Assembly: GCA_010015805.1 (NCBI GenBank)
Contig: ML978130.1
Span: forward strand, 310,001 to 374,000
Length of the DNA stretch: 64,000 nt
Source: Rhizodiscina lignyota
Lineage: Eukaryota
Reading direction: 5' to 3'
Shown here: positions 49,171 through 60,675 of the stretch, piece after piece
How positions within the stretch are numbered: position 1 is the first letter of the stretch
Layout: every line of letters begins with the position of its first letter
Translations under genes and position numbers: made by a program
The notes under the pieces: generated by a model
The model's database searches: none
The model's input: the letters and a program-made list of their open reading frames with translations, nothing else
Told to the model about the DNA's origin: nothing

Positions 49171-49712
49171 TGGGTATATCTCACGGAAAAGAGCGGAGTT
49201 ACTTATGAGAGATATTGCAATAATGGCTATCTGCTATTACTACCATGAGTCTATCTCTCATGGTGTTTGCGATGAGTGCCTCTTTGTTGTTAATACAATG
49301 GATCTGTCTCGAATGGTGTTTCATGGGCTCAACATCCATATCAGATCGGCGTTTTCTTATCCAGGCAATTTTGATGTATGCCAACACATGGTGTTTTAGT
49401 TTAACAAATCCAAACATGCAAAACACAGTGATCCAATTGAACACCGTATGGCGCGGTGCGTGTGATATCACAGTTAAGTATACTCCATATATCTCGCGAG
49501 AAATGCGGCTCCAATGAACCGACCAATCGCAATTATTTTCCAAAATAAAAGATTTGTGGCGCATATTGAATAGAACCCTGCACGCATGAGGTGCGGAGCT
49601 GGGCTGCAGCCTCGCGCGGATCGGCCACAATCTACGGTTTCCTAGTCTACCATGGTTTGTGACACCAGCAAATCTTGCCCATTCAGTCACGTTTGCCTAA
49701 TAATAGCCTCTT

Positions 49713-51378
49713 ATGCGACTCCTGCGCTCCGACAATCTCAAATTTGAGGAGTTCGAGGGAGAGAACATCAGAGGCAAGGATTATGCTATCCTCTCGCACA
49801 CATGGGACGGCCCAGAAGTGCGCTTCCAAGACATGGAGTCTGGGCCTGGAGTTGCAAGAAGAAGAGCCGCCAGCTATGCAAAGATTCAAGGATGCGCCGA
49901 GAAGGCACATATTCACGGCTTTGATTATTTCTGGGTCGACACGTGCTGTATGTTGTATCTCATCGTCTGAAGGCGCGAATGATGGGATAATCTCAAGCGG
50001 CTGATATGTATGCGACAAAGGCATCGATAAACAAAGCAGTGCAGAACTCTCAGAAGCAATTAACTCCATGTACAATTGGTATAGTAATGCCGGGAAATGC
50101 TATGCGTATCTTTCGGACGTGCCGAAAGTGCCATGGAAGAACAGCAGGTGGTTCACTCGGGGCTGGACACTGCAGGAATTACTAGCACCTCAAGAGGTTA
50201 TATTCTATGACAGTAACTGGCGTCGCATCGGTACGAAGGCGGAGTTGGCAAACGATCTCGTAGAAGTGACCGGTATCAGCTTGGAGGCATTAAGTGGATG
50301 GGATCCATCGGCATTTCCTGTTGCTCGTAGAATGAGCTGGGCATCAAAGCGGACGACGACACGAGTGGAGGACATGGCATATTGCCTCATGGGCATCTTC
50401 GACGTTAATATGCCACTTCTGTACGGTGAAGGAACGAAAGCCTTTCGGAGACTACAGGAAGAGATCCTGAAGCAGATTGACGACCATTCTCTGTTCGCTT
50501 GGAGAGCCGTTGCCAGAGTGGCGCCTTACGAATACTCTGGTCTACTTGCGCCATCTCCGGCCTGCTTTCAGGACTCAGGTGATATAAGCAATCATTGGTC
50601 TGAAAGCAATCAACGGCCAATTACAATGTCGAGCAGAGGCATCCAATTTGACACACGATTAATTCCGAATTTTCGAGGACCAGACGTCTACGGTGTTCTG
50701 CTTCAGTGCGGCTACAGAGAAGATAGCACGCGCTTCTTCCCAGTCATATGCCTTATCCGGATGAAGGATAAAGGCATCATACCCGAAGCTGGCGCTGTGA
50801 TTGAAGATCCCTCCGGTAATTTTGTTCGCGTGGATGCTGGAAATCTCGATTGGAGCGACTCGGACTATTTAGGGATGGCCACATTCTGCACAATATCTCT
50901 TCCTTCGGCTGTACGACAACAACCCTTGGTTCCGTCCAGGCCAGAAGCAACTATGCGTTTACACATAGTGTCAACAATCTGCGGCCCCCCGGAAGAGGCC
51001 TTCGGAAATGACCTTTGGATGCCAGATCCAGTGAACGTTTACTTTCTTCCACGCGCAGGCAAGATCTTGGGCCTTTTCTTTGCCAGCTTACAATGCACTG
51101 TCGTGGTGGGCCTGACGAAACTCGGTCTTCCCTGGTGCAAGCTCTTGTTCCACGGCCTCGGACGAGACTGGCCGGCATCATTACCTGGAGTTGCAAGGAG
51201 GGAGTTTGAAAGTTACGACACATTGGCATATGCGCAACAAACGATAGATAGAGTCGATGATGTGGAGTGTCACATCGGTTTGCGCGGTGGCACAAGTCGG
51301 ATATATTTGTCAATGGATCTGCGACATGTGCGCAGGCCGCGGAGTGTAGAATACGATGATGAGGACACTCTATATTAA
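49713..51378 (+). CDS. HET-domain (heterokaryon incompatibility) protein, HET-E-like N-terminus
   Basis: MRLL...YAILSHTW...FWVDTCC|IDKQSSAELSEAINSMYNWY...SRWFTRGWTLQELLAP...TTRVEDMAYCLMGIFDVNMPLLYGEG; intron ~49949..50020. Confidence 0.93.
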
Positions 51379-52118
51379 AATAAAAGGCATAATCCGCATT
51401 ACAAAAAGGAGGCCGCCAAACTAAAGTACGATTGCAAAAAAGACGTGACTTCTCGGCACGCAAGGCGTGTTAAGGACGCCCGCATCTTGTCTAGGAGCTT
51501 CTTCGGGTGTCCATGAGCATGAACGCGTAGCTTCAAATGACATGAGTGCGGCATTTCTTAAGCAATGGTAAGAAAACGAAAGTGTCGGGTATCCTCACCT
51601 TCGCATTATCAATTACGATGACGTTCCTCGACTCATCTCCGACATCCCGACCGGATTCCGCCGCGCCGCCAAGGCGAGCGGGATGTCTTGTTGATGGCTT
51701 GGCTCTCTTGGCGTCTCTCGCGTCCTGATTTTTGACCCGTACGAACGCCTGGTTCCACCACGCGCATATCACCACCCTTGTGTCCTGTCATCATGGTGCT
51801 TGCGAGATTCGCTCGAATGCATCTTCAAGTTACCTCGCACGCCGATTTACGGTCTCGGCGTGCAGTGGAGAAGTGGGGGATGGTGAATGGCTATGATGCT
51901 ATTAGCAATGACCGTCAGGAACCGATGGCTCTCCCGCACTTACGAGCCCAACCTCAAGACGTCTGTAGGTAGCTTTGACGGAACTATATAGCTCCCCATC
52001 CGCATTGAAAGACTAAGAAGACTGAGTAGCTTGAAGTCTGTCATCAATCTTTCCGCTCGCTGCTTCAGATTCTTCTCTCATTATCCCCCCTTCATCAATC
52101 CTCTCTAAGCTACACGCT

Positions 52119-53430
52119 ATGCTTTCTGAAGTTCTCACTATTGTTCTGTTGGGAAGTTTCGTCGAAGCTGTGCCCGCACCATGGGGCGGTTGGGGCTTTC
52201 ATCACAAGGGACATGGCATCAATGTGCAATTGGGCCCGAGGCCCTACTATCTTGTACGCAGCGCAACTATGACTGTAATGAATTCGCATATCTTACAATG
52301 TGCTAGGTTGACAACATGGATGCTGGTCCACTGAAGGAAAAGCTTCAATCGTGTACCGAGAAACCAATCAAGACGTCTTCCTTCTCAATCGGCCACCGCG
52401 GTGCACCGCTCCAGTTCCCAGAACATAGTCGCCAATCGTACATGGCAGCTGCTCGCATGGGCGCAGGTGTCATGGAATGCGATGTCTCTTTCACCTCTGA
52501 CAGCAACTTGTGTGCCGACACTCGCAATGCGATCTGCACTTCACCACGAACATTCTCGAAACGCCATTGGCCGCCAAGTGCAGCACGCTGTTCAAGCCGG
52601 CCAATCCAAAGACTGGCGAGCCTGCGAGCGCGAACTGTTGCACAAGTGACATCACTCTTGCTGAGTTCAAGTCTCTCTGCGCGAAAATGGAAGGCAATGG
52701 CGACAACGCAGCCGTCAACGGCACCGAGTTTCAGGGCCGGCTTTCTCCCACTCCAGATTATCGCACTGATCTCTATGCCACATGTGGCACGCCAATGAGC
52801 CATAAAGACAGCATCGAGCTCATCAACTCCTACGGGCTGCAATTCACCCCAGAGCTCAAGACTCCTGAGGTTGATATGCCATTCCAAGGAGACTACACAC
52901 AGGAGGAGTACGCACAGCAGATGATCGACGAGTACAAGGAGATGGGCATTGATCCCAGCCGAGTCTGGCCACAGAGCTTCTTGCCAGACGACATCTTCTA
53001 CTGGATCGACAATGAGCCCGAATTCGCCAAGCAAGCCGTCTACCTCGACGAGCGCGTCGACACTGCGGACGGATATGCCGAGGCTGTCGCAAGCTTGCCC
53101 GGTTTGAAGGATCGCGGTGTGAAGATCATGGCTCCTGCGATCTTTGCCCTCGTCAACGTTAGCGACAGTGGTGAAATTGTCCCCTCTCCTTACGCCGAGG
53201 CTGCGAAGGAGGTTGGGCTGGATATCATTACTTGGAGCTGGGAACGTGACCCTCCCATCAGCCAAGGAGTGGCTTACTACTATCAATCCGTAGCTGACGC
53301 TGTGAACAATGATGGCGATGAGTATACGATCATCGACGTGGTTGCGAGAAAGGTTGGAGCACTCAAGATGTTTGCGGACTGGCCGGGGACTATTACGTAT
53401 TATGCGAATTGCTTTGGTATTGGGCTGTGA
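52119..53430 (+). CDS. Secreted glycerophosphodiester phosphodiesterase (GDPD), frameshifted in this sequence
   Basis: Signal peptide, QLGPRPYYL|VD, IGHRGAPLQFPEH, ECDV.FT.D, CRHSQCDLH, FTPELK, MFADWP; intron ~52254..52307; one base missing near 52503. Confidence 0.85.
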
Positions 53431-53906
53431 GATGCCTTCCTGGTTTATCAAACACGGAGCCTTCACAACCTCCATTGCAATGGTAAATTAGAGAATGCGA
53501 CATCTAAACTAATGAGACCGAAGACTTGTTGGGAAGGGCTACAATAATCATGATGGACAATGCACATTGTGTTTACCTCAGTGATGTAAATCTTGCGCGT
53601 CATGACCAGTTCGAGGCGTGTTTCAATTTGCAACTTTGATAATCGTGTTGGCTTGCCGGCCGAGAGTGAAGTCGGCGCGCAATCCATGAATCTCTCGATG
53701 TCCGCAGTCGGTAGAATTGACCCCTTGCAGTATCAAACGCAGCGCCCCATGTCAGTGCAGTCATCCTTCGCATATCCTTATCCGAGTTGCCCTGTTTTCG
53801 CCAAACAATGCAAGTGCAATTTCTGGCTCCGAGTCGCTCGATCCAGTATAATGGTCAGTCATGCGAAAGTATCACACTTGGAATCCAAAACCTTACACCC
53901 ATGCAA

Positions 53907-54314
53907 CTAGATACCGAACTTTGATAATACCACTGAAATAACAATAACCGCGATGAGTAGGGATAGAATAGAGCCGTAATACAAGAATTTGCGAACTTTG
54001 CGCCTCCGGATCCAATGGTCTGAAGATCCGAGAGTTGGATTTGGAATGCGGTGGAAGAAGTTGTGGAAGGAATGGAAGGTGACGGGCCCAATGTTTGACT
54101 CAACATCGTAACCGTGACTTCCACTGGGCTGGAATGTTGGCTGCGGCCGGCTAACGTCGTGCGGTGATAGTCGATCCTCTCCTGTCCATGTACCGTTGCC
54201 ATCCGCTGCGATATATGAGGAGGGTAAGTTCGAGAGCAAGAATGCAAGCTGATGGGGATCCAAAGGCTTGTGTGCTGGAGGTAGCCCCGCAAAGCTCGAA
54301 CTTCTTGATGGCAT
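53907..54314 (-). CDS. Small hypothetical protein with C-terminal transmembrane helix
   Basis: 135-aa ATG ORF ending WIRRRKVRK-FLYYGSILSLLIAVIVISVVLSKFGI. Confidence 0.65.
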   Translation of the reverse strand: MPSRSSSFAGLPPAHKPLDPHQLAFLLSNLPSSYIAADGNGTWTGEDRLSPHDVSRPQPTFQPSGSHGYDVESNIGPVTFHSFHNFFHRIPNPTLGSSDHWIRRRKVRKFLYYGSILSLLIAVIVISVVLSKFGI

Positions 54315-54739
54315 GGTGATATGATAGTGTACGAAGAGATGCGCAATGTCAACTGATGTGAGACGACGATATTTTGCAGAAACTTTGAGATGTGAGAAAG
54401 AAGGAAAGACATCGAATTGAGGAGAGACTTATAAACTTAAGAAGGGGGCAGACCGTTGGAACGTGCTGATGAAACAACCAAACGGCTTTTGAATTGTCGT
54501 TGGACTGATAGGCCCAGATTAGCACAAAGTTCTTGACAGTTGAATCTGGTGCGTCTTAATCTAGTATGGACAAGAGGCATAGAGCCTTTAAGCAAGCCTT
54601 TGCATTGCCAGTTCGATGATCATATCGTACCTCCAAGCCTAAGGCACAGCATCTGTGTAAACCTCAAAACGCCCACGCTATGCTTCCGGGTTGATAAAGA
54701 CGCCGCGTAACAGCCAAGTATAGTCATATCAATAGGTGA

Positions 54740-55287
54740 TCACAAGCCCAGTCCTTTCCGGACATTGTCCCTCACCATCTTCTCGTAGTCGCTCCTCCGC
54801 TCGCGCCACATGCGGGCCGCATCGACGTTTGCAGGGCTCTCGTCATTCGGCTCAGCGAGCATGCTCATGACGCTTATCAGTATCTTCTCGACGCTTTGTA
54901 TTGGGGACCATCGTTCCGACGCGTGCTCGTAGTGGTTTGGATCGTCGCCGGGTGCGTGGAGGATGGAGATGCAAACCATGCCGTTAGGGTATACTAAGGG
55001 AACGTCAGCTATGTTTAATATGCGCGGGGGTGAGACCTACCATTTGGATGCCACATGTCGCATGTAAATCGCATTGTCGGTGGAGCAAGTGGGTAGTCCT
55101 TTGGGAACTTGAGCTCCGCTGGGAAGATGCCACCTTCGAAAGGTGTGCCTTCCGGGCCTTGTATTAAGGCTTCCCAGACATAAATATCATCCTCGGTTAC
55201 TGGCCCTGCAGTGATGCCTTCTGGTGGATCATTGGTGATTGTCCTGTACTCTTGGAATAAGCGTTTTGAGGCGACCGATGAAGCCAT
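54740..55287 (-). CDS. UBC7: Ubiquitin-conjugating enzyme E2, Ubc7/UBE2G2
   Basis: ASKRLFQEY...[10 protein letters not shown]...[50 protein letters not shown]; one intron ~55040..54995. Confidence 0.96.
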
Positions 55288-55757
55288 CGTTGTGGGTGAA
55301 TGCTCGAAACGAGTTCCAAGACTCGACCGGAGTTTGAGAGCTGGTATGGGAGAGCAAATGTCTCTTCTGGGGATGGCGGGGTGAGATAGAAGTTGTGAGT
55401 GGAAAAAGAGAGCGCAGAGGTGAAAATATAGAAAGGCGAAAGAAGTGAGCTAGACAAAGACAATACCAATGTGTCAACCACAGCCGACTCCGCTTTTGGA
55501 AGGTGGGCGGCGGAAGTACTCAAGCGCGAGTCTACATATCACTTCAAGGCAGCCCTTCACCACATTTATTTCCTTATTTCTTAAAGACACTGGGCAAATT
55601 TTCGATTTGATTTGCAAACTCGGAGAGTTTATATGTTACGTACTGCTCTCTAAATTTTCCACATGTGCCATTGCTGCACGCCATCAACAACCAATCTCTC
55701 GTGCCGAAGCTTGAACCCAGGGTTCCGCAAAGGAGATAGGAGTACAAGGAGATAGAC

Positions 55758-57074
55758 ATGACAGCAGAAAATCCCGTCAAGCCATGGCTTCCCCCGCCGC
55801 AAGAAAAGTACATCTTCCACGGCGCGTACCTGATCGACCCCATTGTGGGATCCATAAGCACCAAAACCGTAACAATAGCTGGGGGTTTGATAGCGTCAAT
55901 TGATGAGCCCTTTGACGAGCCACTGGAAGATACTGTTGATACAATTGATGTTGATGCGAAGGGGAAGTATATTTGTCCCGGCCTCATCGACTGCCACGTC
56001 CACATTTGTGCTGTTCCCGGAGAGAAGGACTTGGCAAAGATCTGGAGCGTTGTCGACTCTGACATTTCGAAATATCGACATGCATGGGTTTGCCGTGCAA
56101 CACTGGAACGCGGCTTCACGAGTGTGAGAGACACCGGAGGAGCGAATCTTGCCTTGAAGCAGGCTATCGCCGAGGGCGTCTTTCCTGGCCCGCGATTGTT
56201 CATTGCAGGGAAGTCACTCACTCAATCAGGAGGCCACGGCGATCTGAGAAGCTCACACGATCATGGAGAATGTTGTAGCAGCGGGCTGTCACGGTTGTGT
56301 GATGGGGTACCAGAGTGTTTAAAGGCAACCCGCGAAGAGCTGAGACAAGGCGCCGACTTCATTAAGATCATGGCGGGCGGCGGAGTGTCAAGCCCAACGG
56401 ACAAGCTTGAACATTTGCAATTTACAGCAGAAGAGATCAAGGCAATTACGACCGTTGCCGCGAACGCGGGTACGTATGTCACGGCACATGCGTACACGCC
56501 ACAAAGCATACGTCTCGCGGTGGAGAACGGGGTGAAAGGAATCGAACATGGTAATCTGATCGACGAGGAGACTGCTGAATTCATGGCTAAGAATAATATC
56601 TGGCTGACACCGACTCTCATTGCATACTCTCAGATGGCATCGGCGGACGGTTTCCTCCCGCCAGAGTCAAAGGTCAAAAATGACGAGGTTCTCCACGCAG
56701 GGTTGCAATCTCTCCGCATCGCGTCGGAAGCTGGGGTGAATATGTGCTACGGCACTGATCTGCTCGGGCCTCTCACGGCAGCAGAGACACATGAATTTCA
56801 ACTGAGATCTATGGCGTTGAAGCCGTTGCAGATACTACAGTCTGCCACTGTAAATCCTGCGCGGATGCTTGGTCAAGAAAAGCAGCTCGGCCAGATTCAG
56901 CAAGGGTTTCTCGCGGATTTGCTAGTACTAAATGCGAATCCGCTAGAGGATATCAACGTTCTCGACAAGCCGGACAGCCATTTACTGGCTGTGGTGAAGG
57001 AAGGTAGAGTCGTAGTGAGTAGGTGGTCGGAGCTATCCGTGGAAGCTGTTTCGACTCTCTCGACTATAGAGTAA
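55758..57074 (+). CDS. Metal-dependent amidohydrolase (Xaa-Pro dipeptidase-like subgroup)
   Basis: PGLIDCHVH, GFTSVRDTGG, GADFIKIM.GGGV.SP.D, AHAY, IEHGNL, GTDL, GFLADLLVL; intronless. Confidence 0.92.
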   Translation: MTAENPVKPWLPPPQEKYIFHGAYLIDPIVGSISTKTVTIAGGLIASIDEPFDEPLEDTVDTIDVDAKGKYICPGLIDCHVHICAVPGEKDLAKIWSVVDSDISKYRHAWVCRATLERGFTSVRDTGGANLALKQAIAEGVFPGPRLFIAGKSLTQSGGHGDLRSSHDHGECCSSGLSRLCDGVPECLKATREELRQGADFIKIMAGGGVSSPTDKLEHLQFTAEEIKAITTVAANAGTYVTAHAYTPQSIRLAVENGVKGIEHGNLIDEETAEFMAKNNIWLTPTLIAYSQMASADGFLPPESKVKNDEVLHAGLQSLRIASEAGVNMCYGTDLLGPLTAAETHEFQLRSMALKPLQILQSATVNPARMLGQEKQLGQIQQGFLADLLVLNANPLEDINVLDKPDSHLLAVVKEGRVVVSRWSELSVEAVSTLSTIE

Positions 57075-57123
57075 CCGGTGAAGATGCTGGCGAACTGGTT
57101 TGAGAGCTTCCGTCGTAGTCTAG

Positions 57124-57740
57124 CTACGGAAGTCGAACGTAGTCATCGGAAGCTGGCTTAGGAGGTTGATCTTCAAGGTCTCGGTACGGTTCCATGTCGC
57201 TTAAGGCAGGATTGAACTCCTGATCATGCAGCGACTGCCTGCAGTTCGGGCATCCTTCGTGAATCGAAAGGAAGCAAAGTCCATTCGCAGCGAAAAAGTA
57301 AACGTGAATGGCACTGCGAAAATCAGTCACTTTCAGAAGCTATTCAATCAAACTGGCGTGACGTACAAGTTTATCATCAACGGCACTGTTGCATACGTCC
57401 CAAGCATGATGTCTCCTCGGTGTTGCCAACACTGTGGTACAAAAATCCAGCTTGGAATCAAGATAGCAATCAATGCCACGCCCAAGCCAAAGTCCGAGAG
57501 ACAAACATGTGCCCGGGTCAAGCTGATTGGAGAACCGCTGAATGCGATTTTGTCGCGGTACATGAGGAAAGCGCCGAGGACGGCAGAGGCAAAGAGGGGA
57601 ATTAGACCAAGCGCTGGAACAGCGCACTCCGCGACGATTCCATGGACAACACAGAGGATCAGAGCTGGTGGGAACGTGAAGACAGTGGTCTTGCGGAGGA
57701 AGAAGGTAAGATGAGGCGTGAGGACCAGTTGGGGAGGCAT
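57124..57740 (-). CDS. Small hypothetical membrane protein
   Basis: Exon 1 with 3-4 hydrophobic helices ending MLGTYATVPLMINF, intron GTACGT...CTGAC...CAG, exon 2 AIHVYF...CPNC. Confidence 0.7.
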
Positions 57741-58511
57741 CCTTGAGATTGAAGTCTTGGAGTCTGAACCTTCTCTATGTCAACTGAACTGGTTGGTAGA
57801 CTCGAACTTGGCCGGAAAACAGAAGTATAAAGCAGTCTCGAGGTGAGAGTGAGTTGATTGGAGATTGAGCAGGACAGGAGCAACTAGTATTTGAGCAAAT
57901 CGAGGTAGGCAGCAGCAGACCTATCTGGTGGAGATTGGCGTGTAGGAACGCCTTGGCTACAAGGCGTTTCAGCACCTGCGCCGCAATTTGTGGAACTGTG
58001 GGAATGGCTTAGACGACGAGGGTCTGATCCTTCGGAGACTTTTCTGTTATACTATAGAGCCTACCGTAGAGTCGGGCAGGCTTGATGGATGAATGCGAAA
58101 TCATTATAGCAATCATTGATGACAGGCCGCCAGGCGGGTCACGGTGTAGGCGAATTCTTCCTTCAAGCAGATAAAATGGTTCGCCACGGAGTAGAAGACT
58201 TGCCCGTCCCTTAATAAACCCTGAGGTTCCGATTCAGGGACCTGGAGAACACGCCACTTCGACAGTCCAGCAGAATCCTGATGATCCTGAACGAGCTCGA
58301 AAAAGCTCTGAGCACGAGATAGAGGATCACACAACATTTGATACGAGGCTGATGACGACGACCGACCGAGGCATCCTCCTAATGCGCCATCGACTAAAAG
58401 GGTAAAGCATTGGCTAAGACATCCCCGCAGCCTTCCAGCTCGTAAACTCCTCGGAAGCCGACCTTCAACGACGACCCAAGGAGGCCTTATGACAACGAGT
58501 CAAATGCGATC

Positions 58512-60115
58512 ATGGGATCCAAAACACCAGACGATCACCGCCGAGGCCCAAATGGTATGGAGAAAAAAACTTGCCGTGCCGCTTGCGTTGTAAGCTATTC
58601 TGACACTTTGAGCAGAGTCATCGGCAGGTGCTGCAATTGCAGCCGTCAATCCTCCCAAGCCAGCCTCAGCGAGTGGACTCCTTCAAGGTGTACTCGAGGG
58701 GGAAGATGAAGACGGAGATGATGACGACGACGACAAGATTGGAGCTGACCTGAAATCTGGCGATCAACCCACTAATGGTAAGGCCATTTCACGTCGCTGC
58801 ATACTTGAAGCTAACTCCCGAAGGCAAAAAGAAGAAAAGAAAGAGTAACAAGAAGAAGAAAAAGAAGGCACCGAGTGGACGGCAGACCGCTCCTCCGAGG
58901 GTTGCACTCGCCAACCTCTTTCACGATCAGCGATATCCAGAGGGCGAGATTGTCGAATATGCCGTCAACAATGACAATCTTCAGCGCACCACCGCTGAAG
59001 AACTTCGTCACCTGTTCAACGCGACCAACATGGATGATGAGTTCCTGAATGACTACCGCAAAGCTGCCGAAGTCCATCGCCAAGTCCGCCAGTACGCACA
59101 GACGATCGCAGTGCCCGGCGTTTCCATGAGCCAGCTTGCCCAAGAGATTGAGGACGGCGTTCGGGCACTGACCAACCACCAAGGCCTTGAGACCGGAGAT
59201 GCTCTCAAAGCTGGCATGGGATTTCCGACTGGGCTCTGCTTGAACAACGTAGCTGCTCACTGGACTCCCAACCCTGGAGGGAAGGAGGTTATCCTCCAAT
59301 ATGACGATGTCATGAAAGTAGATTTCGGAGTTCATGTCAACGGCAGGATTGTTGATAGTGCCTTTACCGTCGCTTTCAATCCGGTCTACGATAATCTGCT
59401 CGCGGCTGTTAAGGCAGCCACCAATGCTGGGCTCAAGGTAAGCGAATCTGCCCTTCATGGCATCTACAAAGCTAAATATACGCCCAGGAAGCTGGCATCG
59501 ATGCCCGGATAGATCACATCAGTGAGGAAATCCAAGATGTAATGGAGAGCTACGAAGTCGAGCTCAACCAAAAAGTCTTCCCTGTCAAAGCGGTTCGGAA
59601 CATAACTGGTCACAATATCCTGCGTTTCAAAATCCATGGCGACAAACAAGTCCCCTTTATCAAGACCCAAACTTCTCAACGCATGGAAGAAGGTGATGTG
59701 TTCGCCATCGAAACCTTTGGTAGCACTGGCAAAGCTTATCTCAAAGATGACGACGGAGTTTACGGGTACGGGCGCAATGAGCGTGCAAGCGCAGCTGGTC
59801 TTCATTATGGCTCCGCCAAGTCGTTGCTGAAGACCATTGATGAGAACTTTGGAACTCTGGTCTTCTCTAGACGTTACCTAGAGCGAATTGGAGTGAAGAA
59901 CTACCACCTCGGCATGAGATCGCTTATTTCGAATGGCATTGTTGAGTGCTATGGGCCTCTGGTCGATGTTCCTGGCTCTTATGTTGCACAGTTTGAGCAT
60001 GTGAGTATAGTCAACGAGTTAAAGACCGCGGAATATGCTGACACAATCTTCTAAACAGACCGTTCTGCTTCGGCCCAATTGTAAGGAGGTGATCTCTAGG
60101 GGAGACGATTACTAA
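58512..60115 (+). CDS. MAP2: Methionine aminopeptidase type 2 (MGSK-type fungal paralog)
   Basis: Acidic and poly-Lys N-terminus; metal/substrate residues AAHWTPN, KVDFGVH, IVDSAFT, TGHNI, AIETFG, QFEHT; ends ISRGDDY*; four introns. Confidence 0.95.
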
Positions 60116-60449
60116 GGAAATATTGGAGATCGGGGGATCAAATTGATTGTGAAGGTACTGGTTGCATTTGATCATCTGCGTTCCTGGCTTCAACAGTCAA
60201 GGAAGTCATCTTGCTAAAGCATTTCAACATGCTTTACTTACATAGAATATCCCACCGAAGACGCTCTTTTGAAACTCAAAATATCAAGAATCGAACACCA
60301 CCGTGTTGCATTGTCTCGCTATACTACGATTTGAACCTCTGCGTTCTATCTAAGAAGAGCTGCCAGAATACCAGCTTGCTGTCCAGTCACGCCTTGACCC
60401 CCTTCGGAGACTGTTTTACGTAAGCACCTCCAGTCATCAACCAGAGTTA

Positions 60450-60515
60450 CGGGTGCCGATACTCCCGGGATTAGGTACCTCTTACCTAGAGTTTAGGTAC
60501 CCTGACACCCAGAGC
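60450..60515 (+). repeat. Degenerate fragment related to the 61276..61410 MITE interior
   Basis: GGTGCCGATACTCCCGGGATTAGGTACCTCTTACCTAGAG vs GGTGCCAGTACTCCCGTGATATGGGTACTTCTGTACCGAGG (61319). Confidence 0.55.
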
Positions 60516-60675
60516 TTATCCGCCGAGGCAAAGCAAGCCGAGATTGCCTCACAGGTGCTCACCAGTAAGCTTCATAGGTTCCCTGTGCGCCTGAACGCCA
60601 ATGTCCCAACCTGAATATTGCGCAAACCTAGATACCTTCCAGACTTTTCTTTGAAATATTATTATATCCGGGCTT

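Noticed and set aside
52345..53475. 376-aa antisense ORF over GDPD
   Set aside because: Typical antisense open frame caused by codon bias of the real gene; no motifs
55574..56221. 215-aa antisense ORF over the amidohydrolase (similarly 58811..59458 over MAP2 and 2496..3143)
   Set aside because: Shadows of well-supported genes on the other strand
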